Positions 7,213 through 17,007 of a stretch of 40,903 nucleotides of DNA are shown one piece after another. Numbering within the stretch: position 1 is the first letter of the stretch; every line of letters starts with the position of its first letter. Source of the DNA: a virus (lineage: Duplodnaviria; Caudoviricetes); the IMG/VR virus record IMGVR_UViG_3300033512_000217, positions 1 through 40,903 of that record. One strand, 5' to 3'. Under the pieces are notes generated by a model. That model worked only from the letters and a program-made list of their open reading frames with translations. It had not been told where the DNA came from and searched no databases. The position numbers and the translations under genes were made by a program.

Positions 7213-10017
7213 TTGATTATAATACACTATAATAAAGAAGACGAACAATTTGAACTATCATTTGGTGAACCTAAAATGTCATCAGAAGAATTTAATGAGA
7301 TTATAGTTACATTCAAACAGATGTACTTTACTTATAATCCGAAGACCTATAAGTGGTCGTTTCCGAGAGATAGAATTGACGAAATAATTCAACAGTTTGA
7401 AAAATTAAAATATGAATACATTTTTACACCTTATTCTTTTGAGATAGTTGAAGAAGTAAAAGCTTCGTATAAACGCGAGAGTAAATTCTTTAGGTTTAAA
7501 CAGTTTAAGAATATTTATACGCCTGAAGGAATTGTTCCGTATGAGTTTCAGAAAGATGCTATCAATTGGGTGTTGAAAAGAAATGCCTGTCTCAATTCGA
7601 TGGATACGGGGACTGGGAAGTCTTTTATTACTATACAAGTTATATCTCAACTATTTGATGAAGGGGCTATTGATGGATTGTTATTGATACTTCCTAATGG
7701 ACTTTCATACCACTGGGCAAGAGAATTTTTAATGTTCTCTAATAAATTCAAAGAAGATGATTTTCAGTTCATAACAAACGAAAACAAGTTTCAACCTTTT
7801 GCTAATTACAAAGACAAAAAGATTATTATGGTATCAGGGCATTTATTGCATAGCGTATTGTTGTCATATAAGAAAGGCTATAAGTTCGGTGACTCTGCTA
7901 AAAAGATCAGATGGAAAGACGGTGCATATTGTAATATAAAAGAAGAGTGGAATAAAGCTAATCTTGCTATAGTAATAGACGAAAGTCATTGTTTTTCTTA
8001 CGATACAGAGGTGCATACCGATATTGGTGTATTAACAATAGGGTATATTGTTAAGAATAGATTAACATGTAGAGTACTCTCTTTTAATGTAATTACATTA
8101 AAATTTGAATATAAACCTATATTAACTTATTTCGAACATGAAGTTCCTAATAAGGAATTATGTAATTTATCTGTAAATTCTAAAATTATAACATGTACTA
8201 AAAATCATCCGTATTTTACAAATGATTTTAACTATAAGAGCATAGGAGATTTTAATGACAACGAAAATTTGTGGGTATTGCCAGAAAGAATTCACAACAG
8301 AATCCAAAACAAAAAGATTTTGCGATTGGAGCTGCGCAGGGAAATGGAGACATGCTCAACCAGAGATAAAAGCAAAATACACTTCAGAGAAAACAAAAGA
8401 AGCAAGAGCTTTAGGATTAAAAAAATCTCACGAAGAGAACCCAGAAAAATGGTCGGGTATTTATCATTCATTTTCAGAAAGGATGAAAGTAGAAAACCCT
8501 ATGATGATTCAAGACAAAATGGCTACGTCATTGAGAGGAAGACCTTGGCATGGGTTTCATGGAGGAAACGGAACTGGTATGACTGTACCTCAAGAGTTAC
8601 TGATAAACGCACTGGGAAAAGATTGGACTGCGGAATTTGTTGTACCTACAAAAATGAGGCATTTGAAAATAGGATATACAACAAATTACAAAATAGATAT
8701 AGCTCACTCAAAGTTAAAAATAGCCATAGAGGTAGATGGATACGGGCACAACACAAAAAAGGGAATAGAAACAGACAAAAAGAAAACAGCGTTTTTGGAA
8801 ACACTGGGTTGGAAAGTATTACGTTTCAAAAACAAAGAGATATTAGAGAATATGCCGGAAGTTATGGAGAAAATACAACCGTATATAATTTGCATATAGC
8901 TGATAACAATAATTATTTTGCTAATAACATTCTTGTTCATAATTGTTTCAAACATCCTACATCAATAAGAACAAAAGCACTTATGTCAATTAAAAAGTAT
9001 TTTGATTACAGGTATCTATTAACAGCTACCCCAAACATAAATCGTATAGAGGATTGTTATACTCAATTTTCTTTTATTGACAGAAGTATTTTACCTATGT
9101 CATACAATGCATTCAAATTATGGTTAGCAAAAACAATAGGTAATAAATATGACAGGTATGCCATTACAAGTTATAATCACGAGCATGTGCAGGAATTAAA
9201 AGATAAATATCCTTCAGTTATGATGCAGGTATTGAAAACTGATTTACCTGAGATGAAAGTAAAGAAAACGGTATCACAATTATATCTACAAATGCACCCT
9301 TTACAGTATCGTTTATATGCACTGGTTGCTGATGCTGAAATGGAATTACTTAATAGAGAATTTGACGAACCAACATGGACTCAGGTTCTTAATCGTCTAC
9401 CAGCTATGATGAAAGCAATTGATTGCCCTTCAGCGTTAAAAACTAAGAAGTATGAGAATCCAGAGATTGCAAAAATACTTCATTCATGGAAAGATGAATA
9501 TGATCCAAAAATAATATTACTCGATAGTTTGCTTGACAATTATATAGATAATCTTAATGAAAAAGTTGTGGTGTATGATAATTCACCTGATATATTAAAC
9601 ATACTTACTGAGCGATTCAAAAAATACAATCCTGAAGTCATACATGGTTCGTTGGATGAGAAGGATAAAGATAAGGAACGTCAAGACAAGATAGACAAGT
9701 TTAATAATGATCCCAAGGTTAAAGTGATATTTTTATCGTCATTAACAAGTTCTGCTGGTATCAATTTACAAAAGTCATGTCATAGACTAATATTTTATAG
9801 TTCACCTTGGTCGTCAGAACACTTTAGACAAGCCCAGGATCGGATTCATCGAATTAACTCAACAAGAGATTCTATTATACAAATTATGGTATACCCTAAT
9901 AGCATTGATCAAATAAGGGTAAATAGAAATTTAGCTCGTGTAGAATTGAATGATAATATGCTTAATCAGAAGATGACTCAATCACAACTATGTTCACTTT
10001 TACAGGGTATAATTTAG
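7213..10017 (+). CDS. SNF2-family helicase/translocase precursor containing one intein
   Basis: Q motif PYEFQ, Walker A MDTGTGKS, motif II IVIDESH, motif III LLTATP, GINLQ, QAQDRIHRI; removing 7990-8943 restores IVIDESH-CFKHPTSIRTKAL. Confidence 0.93.
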   Translation: MIIIHYNKEDEQFELSFGEPKMSSEEFNEIIVTFKQMYFTYNPKTYKWSFPRDRIDEIIQQFEKLKYEYIFTPYSFEIVEEVKASYKRESKFFRFKQFKNIYTPEGIVPYEFQKDAINWVLKRNACLNSMDTGTGKSFITIQVISQLFDEGAIDGLLLILPNGLSYHWAREFLMFSNKFKEDDFQFITNENKFQPFANYKDKKIIMVSGHLLHSVLLSYKKGYKFGDSAKKIRWKDGAYCNIKEEWNKANLAIVIDESHCFSYDTEVHTDIGVLTIGYIVKNRLTCRVLSFNVITLKFEYKPILTYFEHEVPNKELCNLSVNSKIITCTKNHPYFTNDFNYKSIGDFNDNENLWVLPERIHNRIQNKKILRLELRREMETCSTRDKSKIHFRENKRSKSFRIKKISRREPRKMVGYLSFIFRKDESRKPYDDSRQNGYVIERKTLAWVSWRKRNWYDCTSRVTDKRTGKRLDCGICCTYKNEAFENRIYNKLQNRYSSLKVKNSHRGRWIRAQHKKGNRNRQKENSVFGNTGLESITFQKQRDIREYAGSYGENTTVYNLHIADNNNYFANNILVHNCFKHPTSIRTKALMSIKKYFDYRYLLTATPNINRIEDCYTQFSFIDRSILPMSYNAFKLWLAKTIGNKYDRYAITSYNHEHVQELKDKYPSVMMQVLKTDLPEMKVKKTVSQLYLQMHPLQYRLYALVADAEMELLNREFDEPTWTQVLNRLPAMMKAIDCPSALKTKKYENPEIAKILHSWKDEYDPKIILLDSLLDNYIDNLNEKVVVYDNSPDILNILTERFKKYNPEVIHGSLDEKDKDKERQDKIDKFNNDPKVKVIFLSSLTSSAGINLQKSCHRLIFYSSPWSSEHFRQAQDRIHRINSTRDSIIQIMVYPNSIDQIRVNRNLARVELNDNMLNQKMTQSQLCSLLQGII
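7990..8943 (+). mobile_element. Intein (318 aa) inserted immediately after the DESH motif
   Basis: Block A CFSYDTEVHTD (Cys1 at 7990), block B TCTKNHPYFT, block F VYNLHIADNNNYFAN, block G ILVHN|C (Asn 8941-8943, +1 Cys). Confidence 0.95.
8255..8899 (+). CDS. Vsr/DUF559-like (EDxHD-type PD-(D/E)XK) endonuclease with N-terminal zinc ribbon, nested in the +1 frame of the intein
   Basis: AGGAGA 5 nt before ATG; CGYC...FCDWSC zinc ribbon; YKIDIA...KIAIEVDGYGH...DKKKTAFLETLGWKVLRF nuclease core; own TAG stop. Confidence 0.9.
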   Translation: MTTKICGYCQKEFTTESKTKRFCDWSCAGKWRHAQPEIKAKYTSEKTKEARALGLKKSHEENPEKWSGIYHSFSERMKVENPMMIQDKMATSLRGRPWHGFHGGNGTGMTVPQELLINALGKDWTAEFVVPTKMRHLKIGYTTNYKIDIAHSKLKIAIEVDGYGHNTKKGIETDKKKTAFLETLGWKVLRFKNKEILENMPEVMEKIQPYIICI

Positions 10018-10047
10018 AGTACTAATTAGAAATATAGGAGAAATAAT

Positions 10048-11283
10048 ATGGCATCGATTTTATTTTGTGGAGATACTCTCGCTCAATCATCAGGTTTGAA
10101 TTACGCTGCTTTGAATATATGTCATTATCTTATGATGGCAGGACACAAGGTGTCATACGCCGTATTGCAAGGTTCTGATTCAACTCAAGAGAACTTTAGA
10201 ATGCACGATGCAAGATATAAAACTATTTTCATGTACATGCAAATATATAACTGTCAGTTGAATAATCATTTGAACTTTGATAAGGCTATACAAAAAGATA
10301 ATATAGATGTAGTTATTGCCCTACAGGATGCCTGGAATATTGATCAAATTATCAATAGTAAATTTCGACACCAATTTACTTTTATAAATTGGTGTTTGTT
10401 TGAAGTAGAAACATACCCTGAGTTTGTAATGTCAAAAAGTCCTTACTCAAAGAACGTTAATAAACCTATTGGTGAATATTATCGTAATGCTGATATGAAT
10501 ATACCTGTTACTCAGTTAGCAAGGGGTGGATTAGAGAAATTCAAAGCAAAGATTTATAAAGATAACATACCGCTTGGTATACATCTTGAAGAACGAGAAC
10601 CAAGACTTTCAAAAACTGAAGTGTTTGGTAATGCTGTTAATGACAATGATTTTCTATTCTGTTCAATCAATAGAAACTCTGAACGTAAGCAGATTCCTAT
10701 TTTACTTGACGCATTCAGGTTATTTCTTGAAGCTCAAAAATATCCTGACAAGTATAAATTGTATCTTCATACCAATCTTGCTGAACAAATTGGTGGTACA
10801 GATTTATTAACTATGATAAACTCGTTACATCTTCAATATAATATTCTTTCACCTCGTTGTTTTATAGATGGACAGCAGATGAGTAGAAAAGACATATATA
10901 AACGTATATCAGCTTGTGATTGCTATGTTACTGCTTCAGGTGGCGAAGGATTTGGATATGGTTGTTTGGAAGCCATGATGCATAATCTGCCTGTAATATT
11001 TTCTGATAGTGGCGCAACTAAAGAGTTTTGTAAAGAAGGCGTAGCTATTAAACCTACTTATTATACATACGCCAATAACGCTTTTATAAAATGGAATCTT
11101 GTAGATGCTGTTGATGTTGCTAATGCTATGCTAAAAGTAGCTAATCATGGATACGTACAAAAACATTATCCTCTTGATTATTTAGATTGGAAGATAATTG
11201 GCGATAAGTTTGTTAACGCAATTGAAGATATTATAAGTACTACTAAAAAGAAGAATACGATCAGAATGGAGAGAATAATCTAA
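10048..11283 (+). CDS. Glycosyltransferase, GT-B fold (GT4-like)
   Basis: NRNSERKQ, YLHT and SGGEGFGYGCLEAM (Ex7E) motifs; preceded by TACTAAT and AGGAG. Confidence 0.9.
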   Translation: MASILFCGDTLAQSSGLNYAALNICHYLMMAGHKVSYAVLQGSDSTQENFRMHDARYKTIFMYMQIYNCQLNNHLNFDKAIQKDNIDVVIALQDAWNIDQIINSKFRHQFTFINWCLFEVETYPEFVMSKSPYSKNVNKPIGEYYRNADMNIPVTQLARGGLEKFKAKIYKDNIPLGIHLEEREPRLSKTEVFGNAVNDNDFLFCSINRNSERKQIPILLDAFRLFLEAQKYPDKYKLYLHTNLAEQIGGTDLLTMINSLHLQYNILSPRCFIDGQQMSRKDIYKRISACDCYVTASGGEGFGYGCLEAMMHNLPVIFSDSGATKEFCKEGVAIKPTYYTYANNAFIKWNLVDAVDVANAMLKVANHGYVQKHYPLDYLDWKIIGDKFVNAIEDIISTTKKKNTIRMERII

Positions 11284-12402
11284 ATGAATGTTTTATATAT
11301 AGCAACTTTGTCAGATACAGCTTCACAGAATGGTGGTTATTCTGCAATCTCAAAAGGTCATAGTCGTTTACTTCGAGAATATTTTGAAGATAGTACATTC
11401 TTACATATTGTAGATATAAACAATATTAAAAATGAAGTTGCTTGGAAAGAGTATGATGTGTGTATTATACTGACTCACCCATCATCGTTTCAGAATAACG
11501 CCTTTTCTCGTGAACTTAGCAGATTTTTTAATGTATCTAAAAAAAGATTATTACATATTTTCTGGGAAACTTCCTCGCTCTCAAATTCAATGAATTTTTT
11601 ATGGACTACAAATTTATTCACAGGATTTATATCATCATCTAAATTTGTGCATCAACTTATAGAAGATAAAAAACGCAATGACCAAACGAATCAAATTTTA
11701 CACTACCCTATATTCGATGATTACCCTTTCATCAAGGCAAACATACAAAATGATTTTGATGCAAAGCTACTTGAAGAAAAATTCTCTGTTCTCTATGTAG
11801 GACAATATACGAAACGTAAAGGATTAGAAGATACTGTAATAGCATTTACTCAAGCACTCTCTGATAAAGAAGATTGTCAATTGATTTTAAAATATCATCA
11901 ATTATCACAATCGGAAGTAGACGCCGATGTAATGATAAAATCAGCTATCATGTGTAACACTAAGCAAATGAAAGCTTCTGTATATAAAGTTACTGATAAT
12001 CTTGATACTCAAGGGTTGTGTAATCTATACGCTCAATCATCATTATTGCTATTTCCAAGTAGGGGTGAGGGAATGGGTTTACCAGCAGTCGAAGCTGGTT
12101 GTATTGGTATTCCTGTATTGTATTCTGATGCAAGCTCTTTACCAGAGTTTTCAGAATTTGAAGGAAATCTTGCTATAGAGTGTGTAGAAGATACCGCTTA
12201 TGGTATGGCTCAATATGACTATGAAGGTAATTATTGGATACCAAAAATGCAAGATATGGTGTCGTTACTAAAAGTATATTACAGTCGATGGAAAAAAGAT
12301 AGATGGGAACATTACGAAACTAAACATAATCATAAGTTGATACTTGAGAAGTTTGGTAGAGATGTTTGTATTAAAGAATTGAAACAAATTTTAGGAGAAT
12401 AA
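11284..12402 (+). CDS. Glycosyltransferase, GT-B fold (GT4-like)
   Basis: VGQYTKRKG and PSRGEGMGLPAVEA (Ex7E) motifs. Confidence 0.9.
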   Translation: MNVLYIATLSDTASQNGGYSAISKGHSRLLREYFEDSTFLHIVDINNIKNEVAWKEYDVCIILTHPSSFQNNAFSRELSRFFNVSKKRLLHIFWETSSLSNSMNFLWTTNLFTGFISSSKFVHQLIEDKKRNDQTNQILHYPIFDDYPFIKANIQNDFDAKLLEEKFSVLYVGQYTKRKGLEDTVIAFTQALSDKEDCQLILKYHQLSQSEVDADVMIKSAIMCNTKQMKASVYKVTDNLDTQGLCNLYAQSSLLLFPSRGEGMGLPAVEAGCIGIPVLYSDASSLPEFSEFEGNLAIECVEDTAYGMAQYDYEGNYWIPKMQDMVSLLKVYYSRWKKDRWEHYETKHNHKLILEKFGRDVCIKELKQILGE

Positions 12403-12406
12403 TATA

Positions 12407-13441
12407 ATGACTAAACAGAAGACAGCCGTTGTAACTGGCGCAAGAGGCATGGATGCGAGTAATCTCATCAAGTATCTTTTGGAATTAAACTACAATGTTA
12501 TAGGTACTGACAGACGTTCAAGTAGCCCTAATTACTGGAGACATGATGAGCTTGGTATTAAAGGTAAATTTACAATTGAAAGTATGGATGTAACTGATTT
12601 TACAAACGTGAGTAATATTGTAGACAAATACAAACCAGATGAAATGTATTGTCTTGCAGCTATGAGTCATGTAGGTGAATCGTTTAAGTCACCTCTTTCG
12701 ACATTTAATATTAACGCAACAGGACAAACGAATATTCTGGAAGCCGTTAGAAAATTTTCACCTCATACAAAAATATATTTTGCAGCAACGTCAGAACTTT
12801 TTGGTGGTGTAAGTGATAAACCTTCCACAGAAGAAACGCCTTTCTACCCAAAGTCACCTTACGGCGTTGCAAAAATGGCAGGATTTTGGTCAACAAAAAA
12901 TTATCGTGAAGCTTATGGATTGTATGCATGTTCAGGTATTCTGTATAATCATGAGGGTGCTCTCAGGTCAGAAGAATTTGTTACTCGTAAAATAACTAAA
13001 AATATTGCAATGTGGAGAGCAGGTAAAATTAAATCTTTTCAATTAGGTAATCTTAGTGCAAAACGAGATTGGGGTTCTTCAGAGGATTTTGTAAAAGGTA
13101 TGGTTATGATGTTGCAACAACCAACACCCAATGACTACATTTTGGCTACAGCGCAAACACATAGTATCAGGGATTTCATTCAAGAATGCTTTGACTATAT
13201 GCACATTGAAATTTATTTTCATGGTAAGGGTGAAAACGAAAAGGTTCGCTGTAAAGCAACTAATGAAACTATCATATCAGTAAGTAAGGAGTTCTATCGT
13301 CCCAACGAAGTTCAAACACTTTTGGGTTCGTACTCTAAAGCAGAAAAAGAACTTGGATGGAAACCTACAACAACATTTAAGAAGCTTGTAGTAGATATGA
13401 TGAAGGCTGATCTTAAGCGTGAAGGAGTAAAAATCAAATGA
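12407..13441 (+). CDS. gmd: GDP-mannose 4,6-dehydratase
   Basis: VTGARGMD, LAAMSHVGESF, ATSELFG, PFYPKSPYGVAK, NYREAY, FVTRKIT, LGNLSAKRDWG, YRPNEV. Confidence 0.93.
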   Translation: MTKQKTAVVTGARGMDASNLIKYLLELNYNVIGTDRRSSSPNYWRHDELGIKGKFTIESMDVTDFTNVSNIVDKYKPDEMYCLAAMSHVGESFKSPLSTFNINATGQTNILEAVRKFSPHTKIYFAATSELFGGVSDKPSTEETPFYPKSPYGVAKMAGFWSTKNYREAYGLYACSGILYNHEGALRSEEFVTRKITKNIAMWRAGKIKSFQLGNLSAKRDWGSSEDFVKGMVMMLQQPTPNDYILATAQTHSIRDFIQECFDYMHIEIYFHGKGENEKVRCKATNETIISVSKEFYRPNEVQTLLGSYSKAEKELGWKPTTTFKKLVVDMMKADLKREGVKIK

Positions 13442-14544
13442 AAATCCTCTGCATCGGTGGCAAAGGTCTTATAGGCTCGGCAATTGTAAAGCATCATCTT
13501 GAAAAAGGAGATGATGTTTATACGTGGGATAATGAGTCAAACAAATATAACGACTACTCAAATTGTTTGGGTAAAGATATGTATACTTGGGATTCAGAAC
13601 ATGAGTGTGGGTGTTTAGAAGACGCTATTGATAAACACAATTTTGATATCATATCTCATCAAGCTGCTCTTGTCGGTGTGGGTGATTCACAACTCAATCC
13701 TGAAAGATACATTGATAATAATATCAGTATCACTACTGAACTACTTCAAGCGATGATTAACCTGAATAAATTTCCTAAGCGTTTGATTCTTGCTGGTAGT
13801 ATGGGTCCTTATGGTGAAGGAAGTAGAATCTGTCCTTATTGTTATTGTTATCCTGTCAATACAAAAAGAATTTCTATTGATATTCTATGTCCTAATTGCG
13901 GTTCAAAAACTATTGCTTGTGAAACATATGAACGAAGTGAAAGAGTGCCTCAGTCATTTTATGCACTATCAAAAATGATGCAAGAAGAAATGTTTAGAAT
14001 ATTCGCTACAACATACAATGTACCTACAACTGTTCTACGATACTTTTCTGTATATGGAACTGAAGTTAATCCTAATAACCCATACACAGGTGTTCTATCT
14101 GTTATCATGAATAAGATGCTCAACTCAGATTGTATCGAATTGAATGAAGATGGTGAACAGCAACGTGATTTAATTCATTGTGATGACATAGCAGAACTTC
14201 ACTATCTTGTTTCTAACCTAACTGAAACAGAATATATGTACAATATGTATAATGTAGGTACAGGTACTTCTTATTCGATGAAAGAGATTGCCTTGCGTAT
14301 GATGGATGCTTTTGGATATGACGGTACTTTGAAGTTTAATGGTAAGTTACGTTCAGGCGACATTAAAGACTCTATCGCCGATACAAGCAAAACAGAATTG
14401 TGTTTGAATTGGAAAGCTAAAATCAATCTAGAAGATTCTATCGTTAAGTACTGTAAGTATGTTGATGAAAATAGAGACAAGTTTATTACAGAAGATACTT
14501 GTGCTAAAGCTGATGAAGAATTAAAAGCTAAGGGGTTGTTATAA
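13438..14544 (+). CDS. NAD-dependent sugar epimerase/dehydratase (extended SDR) with Cys-rich insert
   Basis: GGKGLIG, HQAALVGV, YALSK (YxxxK), LRYFSVYG, DGEQQRD, RSGDI; CPYC...CPNC insert. Confidence 0.9.
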   Translation: MKILCIGGKGLIGSAIVKHHLEKGDDVYTWDNESNKYNDYSNCLGKDMYTWDSEHECGCLEDAIDKHNFDIISHQAALVGVGDSQLNPERYIDNNISITTELLQAMINLNKFPKRLILAGSMGPYGEGSRICPYCYCYPVNTKRISIDILCPNCGSKTIACETYERSERVPQSFYALSKMMQEEMFRIFATTYNVPTTVLRYFSVYGTEVNPNNPYTGVLSVIMNKMLNSDCIELNEDGEQQRDLIHCDDIAELHYLVSNLTETEYMYNMYNVGTGTSYSMKEIALRMMDAFGYDGTLKFNGKLRSGDIKDSIADTSKTELCLNWKAKINLEDSIVKYCKYVDENRDKFITEDTCAKADEELKAKGLL

Positions 14545-15174
14545 ATGGATCATGATTACCTAAAATATAAGTCATTAGAAGAAAACTCTATCATTGTTAT
14601 ACTTGGTGCATATAATGGTGACTTTATGCGTGAATATAAAGATGAGATTCTTGCTAAGAACATTTTTGTCGTCAACGTAGAACCGGATATTCGTTCATAT
14701 ATTGATTGTGCTAAATTCATTTATGACTTCTTACCCAAGAATGCTGTTGCGCTTCCTTTTGTGATAGGCTCTTATAATGGAATTGTTGATTTCAATAACG
14801 CCAATCACGGTATGTTGTCAACTGTACCCTCTGTCTCTACTCAATGGAAATATGAAACTATAAATCAAACTAAAGTTGTAAGCATTACTCTTAAAGAACT
14901 AATGCGAATTTGCGATATTACCAAAATAGATTATCTATTCTGTGATATTGAAGGTGCAGAACTTTCTCAGTTTACTGAAGGTTTGTGTTACAGTGATTAT
15001 AAAGATATTGAATATATAGCGATTGCAAGTTATCATCTTGTCAATGGTGAACAGACATACGTGAAGTTAAATCAATATTTTTCCCATGAAGTTTTCAAGT
15101 CACATTTTGATATTCATTTAGATATAGATGACACCAGAAATGATGGTACAGTATTGTATTTAGAGGGAGTTTAA
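14545..15174 (+). CDS. FkbM-family methyltransferase
   Basis: LGAYNG, VEPD and IDYLFCDIEGAE motifs. Confidence 0.8.
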   Translation: MDHDYLKYKSLEENSIIVILGAYNGDFMREYKDEILAKNIFVVNVEPDIRSYIDCAKFIYDFLPKNAVALPFVIGSYNGIVDFNNANHGMLSTVPSVSTQWKYETINQTKVVSITLKELMRICDITKIDYLFCDIEGAELSQFTEGLCYSDYKDIEYIAIASYHLVNGEQTYVKLNQYFSHEVFKSHFDIHLDIDDTRNDGTVLYLEGV

Positions 15175-15175
15175 G

Positions 15176-15895
15176 ATGATAGGTCAATGTTATTCTAAAA
15201 ATAATAAAAAGTATAATATCATCATACTTGCTGGTGGTGCTGGAAGTCGTATGGGTGAAGCATCTGACTACATACCTAAAGCACTCTCTAAGCTTGGTGA
15301 GTTACGAGCTATAGACTACATCATACAACGATATATGAATGTGGCTCACAAGTTTGTAATAGGTACAGGTTATCATGCTGATTTACTAATGTCTTATGTA
15401 AAAGGAAATTATTCTAAATTTGATTTAGAATTTTCATATGAAAAACCAGAGGAAATGAAGAACAATGGAATTTCCACTGTTTATTGCTTGGATCATTGTG
15501 ATTGTCGCTATCCTACTGTACTTTTATTTTGCGACTTGATGCCACTGAGTAACTTCATAATTGAAGATGACTCATTTTTGGTTGCTACAGAAAAAACATT
15601 TGGTAACATAGGAACATTCAGACACACGATACAAGATAGCATTATTACAGAAATGAAGGAGCCTGTAAGAGTATCAGACGGATTTAATGGCGTAATGGGT
15701 AATTTTGTATTTTCAGATACGGTGCTTCTTAAAGAACTTGCATACGCTAACTACGGCAACATGAAAGACTTAACTAATGATGTAGTAATGAATTATACGA
15801 ACATAAAAATACTGAAAGGAATTAACTGTGAGAAATGTTTTGAATTTGGTAATGATGTGGATATCAAAAAAGTTCGTGAAGTTTGGGAGCAATAA
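15176..15895 (+). CDS. Sugar-phosphate nucleotidyltransferase
   Basis: IILAGGAGSRM...IPKAL signature; LFCD; C-terminal EFGN. Confidence 0.88.
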   Translation: MIGQCYSKNNKKYNIIILAGGAGSRMGEASDYIPKALSKLGELRAIDYIIQRYMNVAHKFVIGTGYHADLLMSYVKGNYSKFDLEFSYEKPEEMKNNGISTVYCLDHCDCRYPTVLLFCDLMPLSNFIIEDDSFLVATEKTFGNIGTFRHTIQDSIITEMKEPVRVSDGFNGVMGNFVFSDTVLLKELAYANYGNMKDLTNDVVMNYTNIKILKGINCEKCFEFGNDVDIKKVREVWEQ

Positions 15896-16241
15896 GAAAG
15901 CAACAACAATTTTTGTTGACATGGATGGCACACTTTGCACTCACGTTTTCGAGCATTTTCATTTAGATCAATATCGTTTACTCGAAGGTTCGTTTGAAAA
16001 GCTTTTAGAGATGAGAGCTAAAGGTTGTTATATTGTTCTCACAACTGGTAGAAAGAAAAAAGATTGCAAACATATATTGAAGTTTTATAAGAAACATGGA
16101 TTTGTTTTTGATCAATGTGTATTTGATTTGCCAACAGGAAAACGTATACTAATAAACGATACTAAATATAAAGGACAAGTAAAGGCGGTAGCAGTTGAAT
16201 ACCCAAGAAACTATGGCATCAGAGACTTCACAAATTTCTAA
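15828..16241 (+). CDS. Small HAD-family phosphatase (true start probably further downstream, before ~15890)
   Basis: FVDMDGTL (motif I), LTTGR (motif II), ILIND (motif IV). Confidence 0.82.
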   Translation: MRNVLNLVMMWISKKFVKFGSNKKATTIFVDMDGTLCTHVFEHFHLDQYRLLEGSFEKLLEMRAKGCYIVLTTGRKKKDCKHILKFYKKHGFVFDQCVFDLPTGKRILINDTKYKGQVKAVAVEYPRNYGIRDFTNF

Positions 16242-16875
16242 TTTAATATCAGACAGTAGAATTACTATCATAACAGGTGGTGCAGGTTCAGGTAAAACTA
16301 CCCTTGCTAAAAAGAAATGTATTGCAAATGCTAATACATCTTTTTACTCTATCGATTATTCGTTTATAGGTGACTCTAATTATAGAAAGCAACTACTTGA
16401 AAATAAATCAAAATCTCTTGATGGTTACATGGATGCTGTTAATCAAATAAACTGGTGGGATTGGAATAAGATTATCGTAGACATAAATAAGCTTGTATCC
16501 AATTGTGATGTTGAAATAAAAGCTTATGATAGAGATACTGCGTCATATACTGATATGGTTATAAAGGCAAAAAAGAACCTCATTGTAGAAGGTGCTGTAA
16601 TAAGTTATTCTGTTTGTATGTTGGCTGATAAGATTATATATAAACACAGTGATGAAAGAACAAGGTTTATGAGATTGCTTGAGAAAGATTCCGATAGACG
16701 TTCATTTCAAGAGATAGTTTCTCGCTGGCTAATTACATCATATAGTGAGAATTTATTTTATACACTAATGTTTAAACACTTCGGTTATAGAATAACTGTA
16801 GTGGATGACGATTATAATATAATACCAGATTTTAAGTACCAGGAGACAGAGTCGTATATACCCTTTCCGGTTTGA
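16213..16875 (+). CDS. P-loop kinase (uridine kinase/PRK-like fold)
   Basis: ITGGAGSGKTT, YSID, IVEG; ATG at 16213 is more plausible than TTG at 16195. Confidence 0.75.
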   Translation: MASETSQISNLISDSRITIITGGAGSGKTTLAKKKCIANANTSFYSIDYSFIGDSNYRKQLLENKSKSLDGYMDAVNQINWWDWNKIIVDINKLVSNCDVEIKAYDRDTASYTDMVIKAKKNLIVEGAVISYSVCMLADKIIYKHSDERTRFMRLLEKDSDRRSFQEIVSRWLITSYSENLFYTLMFKHFGYRITVVDDDYNIIPDFKYQETESYIPFPV

Positions 16876-16932
16876 ACGTCCTGATTAACACTATGCTAAT
16901 TTTAGAAAAAAGTTTCTACATTTTTTCTTATA

Positions 16933-16956
16933 CTACCGATATTCATATTGGTAGTT
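16933..16956 (+). terminator. Intergenic stem-loop after the kinase gene
   Basis: ACTACCGATAT-TC-ATATTGGTAGT followed by TTCATTT. Confidence 0.45.
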
Positions 16957-17007
16957 TCATTTGGACTTTTAGCCCAAATACTAATAAACTTCATAGGAGA
17001 ATAAAAA

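Noticed and set aside
8255-8899. Explaining the nested nuclease as a group I intron or a double frameshift error
   Set aside because: The helicase/intein frame is continuously open, no intron core elements are visible, and the nuclease has its own RBS, start and stop; two sequencing errors would not leave the shifted frame stop-free
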